In this document: positions 51,530 to 64,000 of the stretch, piece after piece
Position numbering within the stretch: the first letter of the stretch is position 1
Layout of the letters: every line of letters starts with the position of its first letter
Translations under genes and position numbers: made by a program
The notes under the pieces: generated by a model
The model's input: the letters and a program-made list of their open reading frames with translations, nothing else
What the model was told of the DNA's origin: nothing
Databases searched by the model: none
DNA from: Macrostomum lignano
Taxonomy: Eukaryota
Direction: 5' to 3'
DNA: 64,000 nucleotides
Assembly (NCBI GenBank): GCA_002269645.1
Contig: NIVC01001693.1
Span: 1-64,000, forward strand

Positions 51530-51975
51530 TCTCTCTCGCCCTCAGTCTCCCTCTCACCCCAGTCTCCCTCACACCCTCAGTCTCTCTCTCGCCCTCAAGT
51601 CTCCCTCTCGCCCTCAGTTTCCCTCTCGCCCTCAGTTTCCCTCCCGCTCACACTCAGTCTCCCCCCCCCGCTCACACTCAGTCTCCCTCCCGCTCACACT
51701 CAGTCTCCCTCCCGCTCACACTCAGTCTCCCTCCCGCTCACACTCAGTCTCCCTCCCGCTCACACTCAGTCTCCCTCCCGCTCACACTCAGTCTCCCTCC
51801 CGCTCACACTCAGTCTCCCTCCCGCTCACACTCAGTCTCCCTCCCGCTCACACTCAGTCTCCCTCCCGCTCACACTCAGTCTCCCTCCCGCTCACACTCA
51901 GTCTCCCTCCCGCTCACACTCAGTCTCCCTCCCGCTCACACTCAGTCTCCCTCCCGCTCACACTCAGTCTCCCTC
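51530..51975. repeat. 22-bp minisatellite cagtctccctcccgctcacact x~19
   Basis: Tandem copies. Confidence 0.96.
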
Positions 51976-52519
51976 GGACCATTGAACTCTCCATATCGCT
52001 CTAATAAGTATACTTACTTTCTGCTTGTGTCTAGCGCGAATTTTCACGCCAAAATTTGCGTGCAAATATTTTATCCGACTGTCGCAAGGAAGTCCTACGA
52101 GATTTTGTATTAAATTGATTGCAAAGCAACAGTACATATATTACTATTAATTACATAATAGTACATATTTCACTGTCTCAAAAAACGAGCGCGAGTTCTC
52201 CGTGTCTTTATGACTCTACTGTCAGTAGGAGATTGGAGATTTTTCTAGAAATAAAAAAACAACTTGCATGACATCATTAGCTTACAGAGCTCCTCAGTTT
52301 GATGCGCATTTTAGCGCGAAAATTTGAAAATAAGTAAACTATTTTTGATGTGTAGGGCATCTCTAAAAATACGTTGAATAGGAGATTAATTAGGGAATTC
52401 TTGGATTTCGGACTGGCTCTTGAAAACGTCGCAAATTGCAGTTGGATCTGCCAGCCAGCTCGTCCAGCAATCCCACCTTCACGGTCGGAGACTTTTCAGA
52501 AAAAAAATAAATAATAAAG

Positions 52520-53770
52520 CTTAATCTCATCCCAATTATTCAAGCATGGCTTAATCTCACTCTATTTGGGCACAGCTTAATCTAACCCTAAGGATTAAGA
52601 CAAGGCCTGATCCTATCCGTGTGATTGAACAAAGCTTAATCTCACCCTATGATTTTAAACATGGCTTAATCTCACCCCTATGATTTCAAATATGGCTTAA
52701 TCACATCCCAATACTTGGTCACAGCTTAATCTCACCCCTATGATTTCAAATATGGCTTAATCACGTCCCAATACTTGGTCACAGCTTAATCTCACCCTAT
52801 GATTTCAAATATGGCTTAATCACATCCCAATACTTGGTCACAGCTTAATCTCACCCCTATGATTTCAAATATGGCTTAATCTCATCCCAATACTTGGCCA
52901 CAGCTTAATCTCACCTCTATGATTTCAAATATGGCTTAATCTCACCGTTATGATTTTAAACATGCCTTAATCTCACCCTATGATTTTAAACATGGCTTAA
53001 TCTCATCCCAATACTTGGCCACAGCTTAATCTCACCCTATGATTTCAAACATGGCTTAATCTCACCCCTTATGATTTTAAACATGCCTTAATCTCACCCT
53101 ATGATTTCAAACATGGCTTAATCTCATCCCAATACTTGGCCACAGCTTAATATCAACCCTATGATTTCAAATATGGCTTAATCACATCCCAATACTTGGT
53201 CACAGCTTAATCTCACCCCTATGATTTCAAATATGGCTTAATCTCATCCCAATACTTGGCCACAGCTTAATCTCACCTCTATGATTTCAAATATGGCTTA
53301 ATCTCACCGTTATGATTTTAAACATGCCTTAATCTCACCCTATGATTTTAAACATGGCTTAATCTCATCCCAATACTTGGCCACAGCTTAATCTCACCCT
53401 ATGATTTCAAATATGGCTTAATCTCACCCCTTATGATTTTAAACATGCCTTAATCTCACCCTATGATTTCAAACATGGCTTAATCTCATCCCAATACTTG
53501 GCCACAGCTTAATATCAACCGTATGATTTCAAATATGGCTTAATCACATCCCAATACTTGGTCACAGCTTAATCTCACCCCTATGATTTCAAATATGGCT
53601 TAATCTCATCCCAATACTTGGCCACAGCTTAATCTCACCTCTATGATTTCAAACATGGCTTAATCTCACCCCTTATGATTTTAAACATGCCTTAATCTCA
53701 CCCTATGATATCAAACATGGCTTAATCTCATCCCAATACTTGGCCACAGCTTAATATCAACCCTATGATT
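52520..53770. repeat. ~30-bp minisatellite with higher-order structure (gcttaatctcaccctatgatttcaaatatg / gcttaatctcatcccaatacttggccaca)
   Basis: Two subunit types in repeating order. Confidence 0.96.
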
Positions 53771-54394
53771 TAGACACGGCGAGCATCAAATAAACGCCGT
53801 TTACAATGTAACACAAAAGTACACGCAACACACAGTACATATCGTAGTTGTGAGTAGTAGCAGAGGCGCATTATTTTGGCTTACGATTTCCCGATATTTA
53901 GACTTGGCCTTGGTCCGAAAATGACTAAAAATGCCATCTATACGATATTTGTAGGCAATTCCTAGAAAAAACATTGCATAGAAAAAATTATTGTTAATCA
54001 TTTTAAAATGCAGAACTTTTTCGACAGGAACTGATTTGAAACGTCACAAGTTGTAAGCAATTAATGCTTGGAGAAACAATTAAAATATAAAATAATAAAG
54101 AATTAAAAAAATGTTTATTCAAGACTGGAAATTACGAAAATCTTCTCTGCTTTGAATCCTAATTAATCTTACGTTAAATTTATAATTCCGTCGAATATCG
54201 AATCGCAATTTAGAGAATACAGTCGACAAACGGCACACAGGCGGTAGGCCTGCAAGTTTAACGGCGAGTTTACCTTCCGTTTTGCCTTATTGGTCTTACT
54301 AACTATCTAATTAATTATTAATTAATTAAAGAAACGTCACAAGCTTCTATAGATAAGTAACTAACTTAGACTCGAATTAAAACAAGGGCAATAA

Positions 54395-55270
54395 AACTAC
54401 CTGAGCAATTATCTACCAGTACCAATTAAAACTACCTGAGCAATTATCTACCAAATAAAACTACCTGAGCAATTAGCTACCAATTAAAACTACTGGAGCA
54501 ATTATCTACCAAATAAAACTACCTGAGCAATTAGCTACCAAATAAAACTACCTGAGCAATTAGCTACCAATTAAAACTACTGGAGCAATTATCTACCAAA
54601 TAAAACTACCTGAGCAATTAGCTACCAAATAAAACTACCTGAGCAATTAGCTACCAATTAAAACTACTGGAGCAATTATCTACCAAATAAAACTACCTGA
54701 GCAATTAGCTACCAAATAAAACTACCTGAGCAATTAGCTACCAATTAAAACTACTGGAGCAATTATCTACCAATTAAAACTACTGGAGCAATTATCTACC
54801 AAATAAAACTACTGGAGCAATTAGCTACCAAATAAAACTACCTGAGCAATTAGCTACCAATTAAAACTACTGGAGCAATTAGCTACCAATTAAAACTACT
54901 GGAGCAATTATCTACCAATTAAAACTACTGGAGCAATTAGCTACCAATTAAAACTACTGGAGCAATTATCTACCAAATAAAACTACCTGAGCATTTAGCT
55001 ACCAATTAAAACTACTGGAGCAATTATCTACCAAATAAAACTACCTGAGCATTTAGCTACCAATTAAAACTACTGGAGCAATTAGCTACCAATTAAAACT
55101 ACCTGAGCAATTATCTACCAAATAAAACTACTGGAGCAATTATCTACCAAATAAAACTACTGGAGCAATTATCTACCAATTAAAACTACTGGAGCAATTA
55201 TCTACCAAATAAAACTACCTGAGCAATTAGCTACCAATTAAAACTACCTGAGCAATTAGCTACCAATTAA
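54395..55270. repeat. 29-bp minisatellite aa(a/t)taaaactac(c/tg)gagcaatta(g/t)ctacc x~30
   Basis: Tandem copies. Confidence 0.96.
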
Positions 55271-55699
55271 AAACTTACATCGTCGCCCCACGAGGCCGAC
55301 AAGAAAACAAGATCAAAACCAAAATTGCCTATTGCAAATCAAGATTCTGGAGCAAAAAATTGTTGCTGGTCAAAAAAGCAGTTTTACCCGCGCAACAGAC
55401 AAAAGCAGATCGAGCGGACTTACGAACAATTTACTTCGCTGCTTATTATTGTGCTTAAAGGTGAGGAAGATCATGTCTAGTCTGCTCCTCTTTGGCAAGC
55501 CTGTTTTAACAGTTGGAGATAGCAAAGAGAAAGGGACAATTGCAAGGGCAGTTGGAAGAGGCCGGCATTTAACTTTTAAAGCATTTGCACTGGGCCAGCT
55601 AAGTACACTGGATTCGCTCGTGGCTCGCTCTGGTGTGCGACGTTGAGTTTACTGCATTTATACGGCAATTATCTGTGACAATACCATGACCATGCATCT

Positions 55700-55757
55700 G
55701 TCTGTCTGTCTATCTAGCTTTCTATGAATCTATCTATCTATTCTATCTATCTATCTG

Positions 55758-55801
<44 letters not shown>

Positions 55802-55827
55802 ACTATCTATCTATCTAACTATCTATA

Positions 55828-55892
<65 letters not shown>
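55700..55892. repeat. (TCTA)n microsatellite
   Basis: Tetranucleotide run. Confidence 0.97.
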
Positions 55893-55893
<1 letters not shown>

Positions 55894-56298
55894 CACCCAT
55901 GTTGAAGGTCTAATAAAAACGGGCTTATCAATTCAAATTTATATGAAAGTTAGCCATAGCAGAGATTCCTATAGTTATCAGTTAATTAGATAATTAATGA
56001 TCATACAAGTCAATGCCACTGTAAATGACAAATGCGCTGCAAAATTGACAGCATATCGCGTTGTTTTGAGAGAACGAATAATTTGAAAACCTTTTAACGA
56101 ACAACAACGCACAAGAGCGTTACAGGTAGGCATGAAAAGTGCAGATATGACCAAGTGGGACAATTGGTGAAAGAATGAGACACAAGTGACTATAAAAAGG
56201 TGAGAACTTGCGACGTTTCCAGGACAATTGTTAAAACACAATGGATATGCTACTAATAGTAGTAAGCAAATTGAATAACAAATATTAGCGACACTCAC

Positions 56299-58500
56299 TT
56301 TGCCAGATGTCATCTGGCCAGCCCTTGCCTATGGCCAACTCCTTGGCTTTGGTCATCACCTGGGCGGCAACTCGCTGATTGACATCGGCTCCGAAACTGC
56401 GGCGGCAAGGGTTCGATAATGAGCATGAATATATTAATTAAGGAGTATACACGGGACTTTCTACATTTTTAATGGTTCATTGAAGAATTTTAAACTTATA
56501 GAGATTTTCAAAATATATGAAACTGGAAAACGCACGAGACTACTGGTTTCCAGGAAACACATGACTAGCGGTTTCCAGGAAACAAACGAGCCAGTTCCAA
56601 TAAACATGAGACAGTTCCAATAAACATGAGACAGTTCCAATAAACATGAGACAGTTCCAATAAACATGAGACAAGCCGTTTCTGAGAAACATGACACCAG
56701 GGGTTTCCAAGAACCACATGAGACTAAAGGTTTCCAAGAAAATATGAGACTGAGAAAAACACGAGACTAGCGGTTTCCAGGAAACCCAGGAGGCTAGCGG
56801 TTTCCAGGAAACCCAGGAGGCTAGCGGTTTCCAGGAAACAGGAGACTAGCGGTTTCCAGGAAACAGGAGACTAGCGGTTTCCAGGAAACAGGAGGCTAGC
56901 GGTTTCCAGGAAACAGGAGACTAGCGGTTTCCAGGAAACAGGAGGCTAGCGGTTTCCAGGAAACAGGAGACTAGCGGTTTCCAGGAAACAGGGGACTAGC
57001 GGTTTCCAGGAAACACACGAGACTTGCGGTTTTCAGGAAACACACGAGACTTGCGGTTTCGAAGAAATACAAAAACCCTGAAGACAGTTGGGTATTATGG
57101 CATTAAATTTCAAACCGGACGGACACTCACGGCTGACTAAAATCGAACAGATGCGGCCCGGCGCCTTTCAAAGCTTTGTAGGCCCGGCGCATCACAGTTT
57201 TACACTCGGCTGGCACGTCGCCACCAATGGCGGCTAGGGAGGAGGCCGACGAGGAGGCGCCTAATGAGAAATCGTAGCGGGCAATCTTGGGAACGGGCTG
57301 CTGCTGCTGCGGATGATGAAGCTGGGGATGCTGGGAATGATGATAGCCGCCGTAGGCAGTCGACGCTGCAAACTCGGCCTCCTCGGCAGCTGTGGCAGCC
57401 ATGATGACGCACTCTTCGTCTTCCTCTTCGAGTTCTTCTTCTAATTCCTCTTCATCGTCGGCGTCCTCGGGGGTGGCGCCAGCGGCGACTGCGGCGGTGG
57501 AGTCGGCCAGGGGGCGCAGGGATCGGCGGGTTGAATCATCCGGGTCCGCCTGGAAAGGGGGAGATTTTTCATACAGCCGCCTAATGGCTTTAAAGCATGA
57601 CTGAGTGCGCAGTTTCTAATGTACGCCTAATGGCTCTAAAGCATGACTGAGTGTGCAGTTTCTAATGTCCGCCTAATGGCTCTAAAGCATGACTGAGTGT
57701 GCAGTTTCTAATGTCCGCCTAATGGCTCTAAAGCATGACTGAGTGTGCAGTTTCTAATATCTGCCTAATGGCTTTAAAGCATGACTGAGTGTGCAGTTTC
57801 TAATATCTGCCTAATGGCTCTAAAGCATGACTGAGTGTGCAGTTTCTAATGTCCGCCTAATGGCTCTAAAGCATGACTGAGTGTGCAGTTTCTAATGTCC
57901 GCCTAATGGCTCTAAAGCATGACTGAGTGTGCAGTTTCTAATGTCCGCCTAATGGCTCTAAAGCATGACTGAGTGTGCAGTTTCTAATGTCCGCCTAATG
58001 GCTTTAAAGCATGACTGAGTGTGCAGTTTCTAATGTCTGCCTAGTCGCGATAAAAAGCTTCAGTTTTTTATTTCATTTCCCGTGGTAATTCTACTGATTA
58101 ATCAAGTTACCTTGATGGCGCACAGGGCAGCGCCAAGAACTCCGTCGCCGGCATCTGGATCAGCCTTGGTTCGATGCTGCTGACTGCCCTGCAGCTGCTG
58201 TTGCTGCTGATTAGAGGTCTGACCCGGTTGCTGCTGTTGCTGCTGCTGCCCAGAGCTCCGGCCAGCAGCGGATGGGTCAGAGTCAATCAGCAGGCCCAGC
58301 TGATCGCTTCGATCGCACAGTCGGCCAAACCGTGGCTCCATCACTTGCAGCATCTGGGAATGCAGACAGGCGACAATGCGCATAGCGGTGAACAGTTCTC
58401 GTTCGGCCATGGACTCCAGTAGCATCTGGGCGTTGGTAATTGTCGACTCGAATAGAGTCAGAGGCGAGAATGGCGGCGCAGCCGACTCGCAGGCTGCCAT
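56299..58500 (-). CDS. Gene A, upstream exons 58500-58111, 57549-57131, 56396-56299 (Q-rich and acidic N-terminal region plus a helical domain); link to 51278 not resolved
   Basis: GC-rich exons with GT-AG boundaries and compatible phases (0,2): MAACESAAPP...ALCAIK|ADPDDST...EEELEEE...AECKTVMRRAYKALKGAGPHLFDFSQP|FGADVNQRVAAQVMTKAKELAIGKGWPDDIWQ. The 98-nt exon matches the 98-nt exon 63506-63409 of gene B in length, phase and sequence. Confidence 0.78.
56545..57060. repeat. ~25-bp intronic minisatellite ctagcggtttccaggaaacaggaga carrying TTCCAGGAA
   Basis: About a dozen gtTTCCAGGAAac palindromes plus TTCCAAGAA and TTCTGAGAA variants. Confidence 0.93.
57578..58045. repeat. 46-bp intronic minisatellite x~10
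   Basis: ccgcctaatggctctaaagcatgactgagtgtgcagtttctaatgt. Confidence 0.96.
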
Positions 58501-59519
58501 CTGTGGCATGAAATGATAAATCAGACATTATTGCAATATAAATAATACAAGACTGACCCCATTACTCTACTGACAGTAGGCAACGCTTAAATCTTGCTGT
58601 ATAAATTTAATCCGATTTCTGAATTAAACACGAATTCTTGAGGTAAGAAGTTTAATGTACCTAGCTAATTATCCTCTGTAATCCCTATATTTTTATTTCG
58701 CCTTCAAGAATCACTCCTAGTCCCCCTAAGAATCACTCCTGACCCTCCTAAGTATCACTCCTAACCCCTAAGAATCACTCCTGATCCCCTCTGAGAATCA
58801 CTCCTGATCCCCGTAGGAATAAATCCTAATCTCTTCTGAGAATCACTCCTAATCCCTATGTGAATCTCAACTGATCTCCCCGAGAGTGACTAATGATCGT
58901 AAAAAAACTTGATTTAAAAGAGTTGCTAAGCAAAAGAAAGAATAAATACAAAAAAGCATTGGCCTATCATAGTATCTACTATTTAGTAGTGTTTACAGTA
59001 GTAAAATATAAAGATTTTGCTATCGGACGAAATAAAGAAAATGAGGAACGACATTACATAAGTGAAATCCACATAACGGAAACCAATTTATTTTATATTT
59101 TTTGTCGATAATTCAAAAGCAAACGCAACAGCAGGCCAATAGTAGTACTGAGTGCAAATACTGCAGGCAAAGCTAGACGCGATGTAAAACGCAGTATATT
59201 GCACAGAGATAAAAAACACAATACTTTAAAAAAATGGAAAGCGATACGGTAAGGTCATATGAGTTTTCAATAACTGCTAGCTGCCTGCACAACTAACAGT
59301 TAATAACAGGAGTACTATGGGTACTTTATTATTAATAAAGTACATTATTATACAGGGGTCAACAGGGTACGATTTGAACAGATGTGACACCAAAATAAAT
59401 GCGGGCTCCGTATCGGATGCTGTAATTAAAATAATTCTATTAAACAGAATTGCAGTTACTTAAATATCATTCCCCTTGTAAATTAATGTCACTCCATACT
59501 CAATCTGAATTTTTACTCT

Positions 59520-59900
59520 GGAGACTGTCACTCCGACATCTCGCTCCAGAGAGACTGTTACTCCGACATCTCGCTCCAGAGAGACTGTCACTCCGACATC
59601 TCACTCCAGAGAGACTGTCACTCCGACATCTCACTCCAGAGAGACTGTCACTCCGACATCTCACTCCAGAGAGACTGTCACTCCGACATCTAACTCCTGA
59701 GAGACTGTCACTCCGACATCTCACTCCAGAGAGACTGTCACTCCGACATCTCGCTCCAGAGAGACTGTTACTCGGACATCTCGCTCCAGAGAGACTGTCA
59801 CTCCGACATCTCGCTCCAGAGAGACTGTCACTCCGACATCTCACTCAAGAGAGACTGTAACTCCGAAATCTCACTCCAGAGAGACTGTCACTCCGAAATC
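59520..59900. repeat. 30-bp minisatellite gagactgtcactccgacatctcactccaga x~13
   Basis: Tandem copies. Confidence 0.96.
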
Positions 59901-60302
59901 CCTATCTCCGAAATCACTGGAGATTCACAATGGAACGAAAAAATACAAAGAAACACAATGCAATTAGCATAACAAAAATAATAAAAAAACATTTTGAACA
60001 AGCTAGCAGGCAAAGTAAAAAGCATGCACTCGCGACTTGCAAACAACAATAAACTAATGTTATAAAACGATTATAACACTTACAAAAAAGCACACGAAAG
60101 TTAATAGGCTCCCCAAAGAAATCGTTGAATAACAGTCAGAGAATACTTAAAACATCTAATAAATATCAAGATTGAAAATTGCGGCAAAACTTTAGAACCC
60201 AAATCCAGTGCGTGTGCATAGCGAGCAAGAGAGAAAAGGGGTGGCGACCCAGGCCCCTAGCCAGGCCGATAAACAAGTTAGGCTTCACTCTTCATAGCTT
60301 GT

Positions 60303-60670
60303 GTCTGACTTTGTCCTCTCTCCTTACTGCTCTCTCATTGGCTGAGCTAGATTGGGCCTGCCCCTAGGCTGAGTTTCGTTAGTCTGACTTTGACCTCTCT
60401 CCTTACTGCTCTCTCATTGGCTGAGCTAGATTGGGCCTGCCCCTAGGCTGAGTTTCGTTCGTCTGACTTTGACCTCTCTCCTTACTGCTCTCTCATTGGC
60501 TGAGCTAGATTGGGCCTGCCCCTAGGCTGAGTTTCGTTCGTCTGACTTTGTCCTCTCTCCTTACTGCTCTCTCATTGGCTGAGCTAGATTGAGCCTGCCC
60601 CTAGGCTGAGTTTCGTTCGTCTGACTTTGTCCTCTCTCCTTACTGCTCTCTCATTGGCTGAGCTAGATTG
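60303..60670. repeat. 79-bp tandem repeat x~4.6
   Basis: gtctgacttt... at 60303, 60382 and onward. Confidence 0.95.
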
Positions 60671-60746
60671 GGCGAGAGCAACTATGAATGTACGAGTATT
60701 TCAAAGATCAGTAAAAAGCCTCATCATCTAATTAGCACACAACAAA

Positions 60747-63506
60747 TTAACAATCGGCGTTGCCTAAGTCGCCCGGATCAGCGGTTTCGCGTCGAATCGC
60801 CCAATCTGGACAGTCGGCTGGCGGCGGCCGGACGCTCAGGCAGCCGGTGCCGCGGGCAACCCGGCGCAACTGTTCGGACTGTTTAGCTGTGGCGCAGCTA
60901 TCCAGGTAAGCCGTGTCCAGCTGCCGCTTCATCTCCGCCATCTCTGCCGACTCCCAGGGCAACTCGCGGACGCGAAGCGGCGCCCCAGCCGATGCAGTGG
61001 CAGCTGCCGATGCGGAACAATCTTCAAATTCCTCATCTGACGATGTGTAATCCCGGGATAAAATGACGCGGAATTTGTCGAAATCTTCGGTGCTCAGACG
61101 GCCGGCGATGAGTTCGAAGCTTTTCTGCCTGCGGGTCAGCTTCTGCGAGGGTTGGGTGGGTAGGAGTTGGCTGCAGACCTGGGCATGCGAGATACAGGTA
61201 GGGTCAGCAATGAGGAACAATTGACAGTCGGTAGCCAGGTCGCCAGGCATCCTGTATCATTGGAGCTTCAGGACTGTCGGGCACCCTGTCATTGGAGCTT
61301 CAGGACTGTTAGGTACCCTGTCATTAGAGCTTCAGGACTGTTAGGTACCCTGTCATTGATGCTTCAGGACTGTTAGGTACCCTGTCAATAGAGCTTCAGG
61401 ACTATCGGGTACCCTGTCATTAGAGCTTCAGGACTGTCGGGTACCCTGTCATTAGAGCTTCAGGACTGTTAGGTACCCTGTCATTGGAGCTTCAGGACTG
61501 TTAGGTACCCTGTCATTAGAGCTTCAGGACTGTTAGGTACCCTGTCATTGGAGCTTCAGGACTGTTAGGTACCCTGTCATTGGAGCTTCAGGACTGTTAG
61601 GTACCCTGTCATTAGAGCTTCAGGACTGTTAGGTACCCTGTCATTGGAGCTTCAGGACTGTTAGGTACCCTGTCATTGGAGCTTCAGGACTGTTAGGTAC
61701 CCTGTCATTAGAGCTTCAGGACTGTTAGGTACCCTGTCATTGGAGCTTCAGGACTGTTAGGTACCCTGTCATTGGAGCTTCAGGACTGTTAGGTACCCTG
61801 TCATTGGAGCTTCAGGACTGTTAGGTACCCTGTCATTGGAGCTTCAGGACTGTTAGGTACCCTGTCATTGGAGCTTCAGGACTGTTAGGTACCCTGTCAT
61901 TAGAGCTTTAGGACTGTTAGGTACCCTGTCATTGGAGCTTCAGGACTGTTAGGTACCCTGTCATTGGAGCTTCAGGACTGTTAGGTACCGTCATTGGAGC
62001 TTCAGAAGTGCTTGACTTGCAAGACACCCAATCATCGCATCTATAAACCATGGAGACATCCCATCAACTTTCCCTCTACTCAAATTCCCCCCGTACCCTG
62101 CACATGTATCTGTGCCTGCGCATCCGAAATTTTGCGGTACTGTTATACTTGTCCATAGAATACTGCCGACCAAGCCATTCTGTAACAAGTAACATAAAAA
62201 AATAAGAAGTATCGAGCACTGATAATAAAATAACTATAGAAATCCCTGTTTCTCTCTCCTTGCTGAGACTTGAAAAAAGGGCAACCTACGCTATCCTTGG
62301 ACCGCAATCGGCGCATTAGGAGTCGCTGACGCCAGAGCTTCTCTGATCGGGCTAACCGGTTGAGTTCAACTGGGCACAGTTGGCCTGCGAAAAAATTGCA
62401 ATTTAACGCGTTGAAAAAGTACACTTCTGTACACTAATTTGAGCTCTAATCAATTTTAATAACTTAATTAACGATGAGACTAGGGTTGGAGTCCCCAGTA
62501 AACTTTCATTGCAAGGCTAGTACTACACCCCTTACACTAAAATCCTATTCCTTTGTTGATTTATCAATCGGGTCTGACTATTAATTTAACCCTAAAATCC
62601 TAAATTAAACCTTAGAAGCGTCCCAGAGTTAATTGCATTGCCCCAGAGTCGTTGCAGGTAGCATACAATTAAACGCTAAATCGACTCTCGGACGACTCTT
62701 TTTTATCGACTCTAGTCTTTTATGATTCTGCAAGTCAAGTGATGCGCTCGTGACCCAGAGTCGCCTTACCGCCGCATCACAGTTGTTTGCGTCGTTAAAA
62801 AATCACAAGAGCCGCGCCAAAGTCACCAGTGACTTGTTTGCAGTGACTCGTAGCGATTCTTGTCACGGTAACGTTTTTCAACGGGTTTAACCGACTCAGC
62901 TGATTGGTTGATCCCTCTGTAGTTACATAACCGAACTCGTACCGATCCCCATCTAGTTGGGTTTCTAGTGTCAGAGCATGTCACACAAGCACTTGACCAA
63001 CCAGCTCATATATGAATTCCCAGTGAGCACTTGACATTTCTAACTAGCAATTACCAACGCACAAGTTATACCCCAACGTGGAGCTAATTGACAACTTAAT
63101 AATTTAATTTTCGATTAATTTTGTACTCTCTCCATCTCTCATACTGCAGCGGAGCTGAAAACTTTTCCTATAAAATGCCAAGTTAGTAATAAGGAATAGA
63201 CAGTATTATTTACGTCTAGCCGTTAATTAGATAATTAAATATCATAATTAGCCAATTGATTTTATCAACCAATCATATAAGTTGACAAACATGGCAGAAA
63301 ATAAATTATTTAAAAACCACAAGGAGAGAGACAGAGAGACTAGCAGCTAAATATACAGAAAATACACAATTAATAAAGCAATAAAAACAGTTAGATGCGC
63401 ATTCTCACTCCACCAGAAGTCTGTAGACACTTCCAAACCCGGCTGCAGTTGCATAGCCCTGGCGATCACCTGTTCAGCCGTTGCAAAATTCACCGGGTCG
63501 CTGAAT
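60747..63506 (-). CDS. Gene B (paralog of gene A), exons 63506-63409, 62384-62290, 61142-60747; 5' exons lie beyond the window or were not found
   Basis: FSDPVNFATAEQVIARAMQLQPGLEVSTDFWW|SQL...EKLWRQRLLMRRLRSKDS|KLTRRQKSFELIAGRLSTEDFDKFRVILSRDYTSSDEE...LRVRELPWESAEMAEMKRQLDTAYLDSCATAKQ...RPPPADCPDWAI. GT-AG boundaries with compatible phases (1,0). The middle exon is the least certain. Confidence 0.8.
61255..62000. repeat. 32-bp intronic minisatellite gtcattggagcttcaggactgttaggtaccct x~23
   Basis: Tandem copies. Confidence 0.97.
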
Positions 63507-63819
63507 CTGCAATTTTTTGAAAAAGTCCAAAGAATCAGTTTGTTATTTTCTGTTATAGACAGGGGCTGTGTGCACCCTGGCCTGAACTTATCGTTAGACA
63601 TGCAAACTTCACTGCTCCTTGGGGCTGGACCCACAAGCAGAGCAGACCCAAACCAAGACTCCAATTTAGCCCCAGCACTTGGAATCGAGCCTGGGCCTCT
63701 AGTAGCATCAAATAAAAATTGCTTGTTGCAATAAAACAATGTAGCTAATACGTATTAGTGATATTGGGAAGTATATTTTTACACAAATGATCATTATACT
63801 TTCGCGGCGTCTTGAATAG

Positions 63820-64000
63820 GCGCCGATTCCTAGGGTCGCTGTCTAAGGGGGGGGGAGGCGGCGCCGATTCCTAGGGGCGTTCTATTTGGAGGAGGGAGGG
63901 GCGGCGCCGATTCCTAGGGGCGCTGGGTTTGGAGGAGGGAGGGGCGGCGCCGATTCCCAGGGGCGCTGGGTTTGGAGGAGAGAGGGGCAGCGCCAATTCC
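63820..64000. repeat. ~41-bp GC-rich tandem repeat running off the right edge
   Basis: ggcgccgattcctaggggcgctgggtttggaggagggagggg. Confidence 0.9.

Overview
This is eukaryotic, intron-containing animal DNA. Very GC-rich, Ala/Gln/Arg-rich exons separated by introns each filled with a different minisatellite suggest a free-living flatworm such as Macrostomum (inference). The window has four parts. (1) 1-2 kb: a frameshifted non-LTR retrotransposon (APE+RT). (2) 5-23 kb: an AT-rich island with almost no minisatellites, carrying a cluster of intronless ~340-355 aa helical proteins. Each has a central Gly/Ala-rich hydrophobic hairpin and a coiled-coil tail (ApoL / ClyA-HBL alpha pore-forming toxin-like architecture). 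Two end in CaaX-type boxes and one in a Cys cluster. The island also holds a pseudogene, a nested duplication, a Tc1 remnant, a MITE and SINEs. (3) 24-26 kb: a two-exon RhoGAP gene, then a long minisatellite-rich stretch and a secreted cystine-knot peptide exon at 42.2 kb. (4) 43.8-64 kb: a complete five-exon STAT gene whose introns carry tandem arrays of STAT (TTCN3GAA) and ETS (ACCGGAAGT) motifs, followed by two tandem paralogous genes with a C14orf93-like C-terminal module. The best candidates for something undescribed are the lipid-anchored pore-former-like gene cluster, the GAS-motif satellite inside the STAT gene, and the knottin. All family assignments are by eye; no database search was run.
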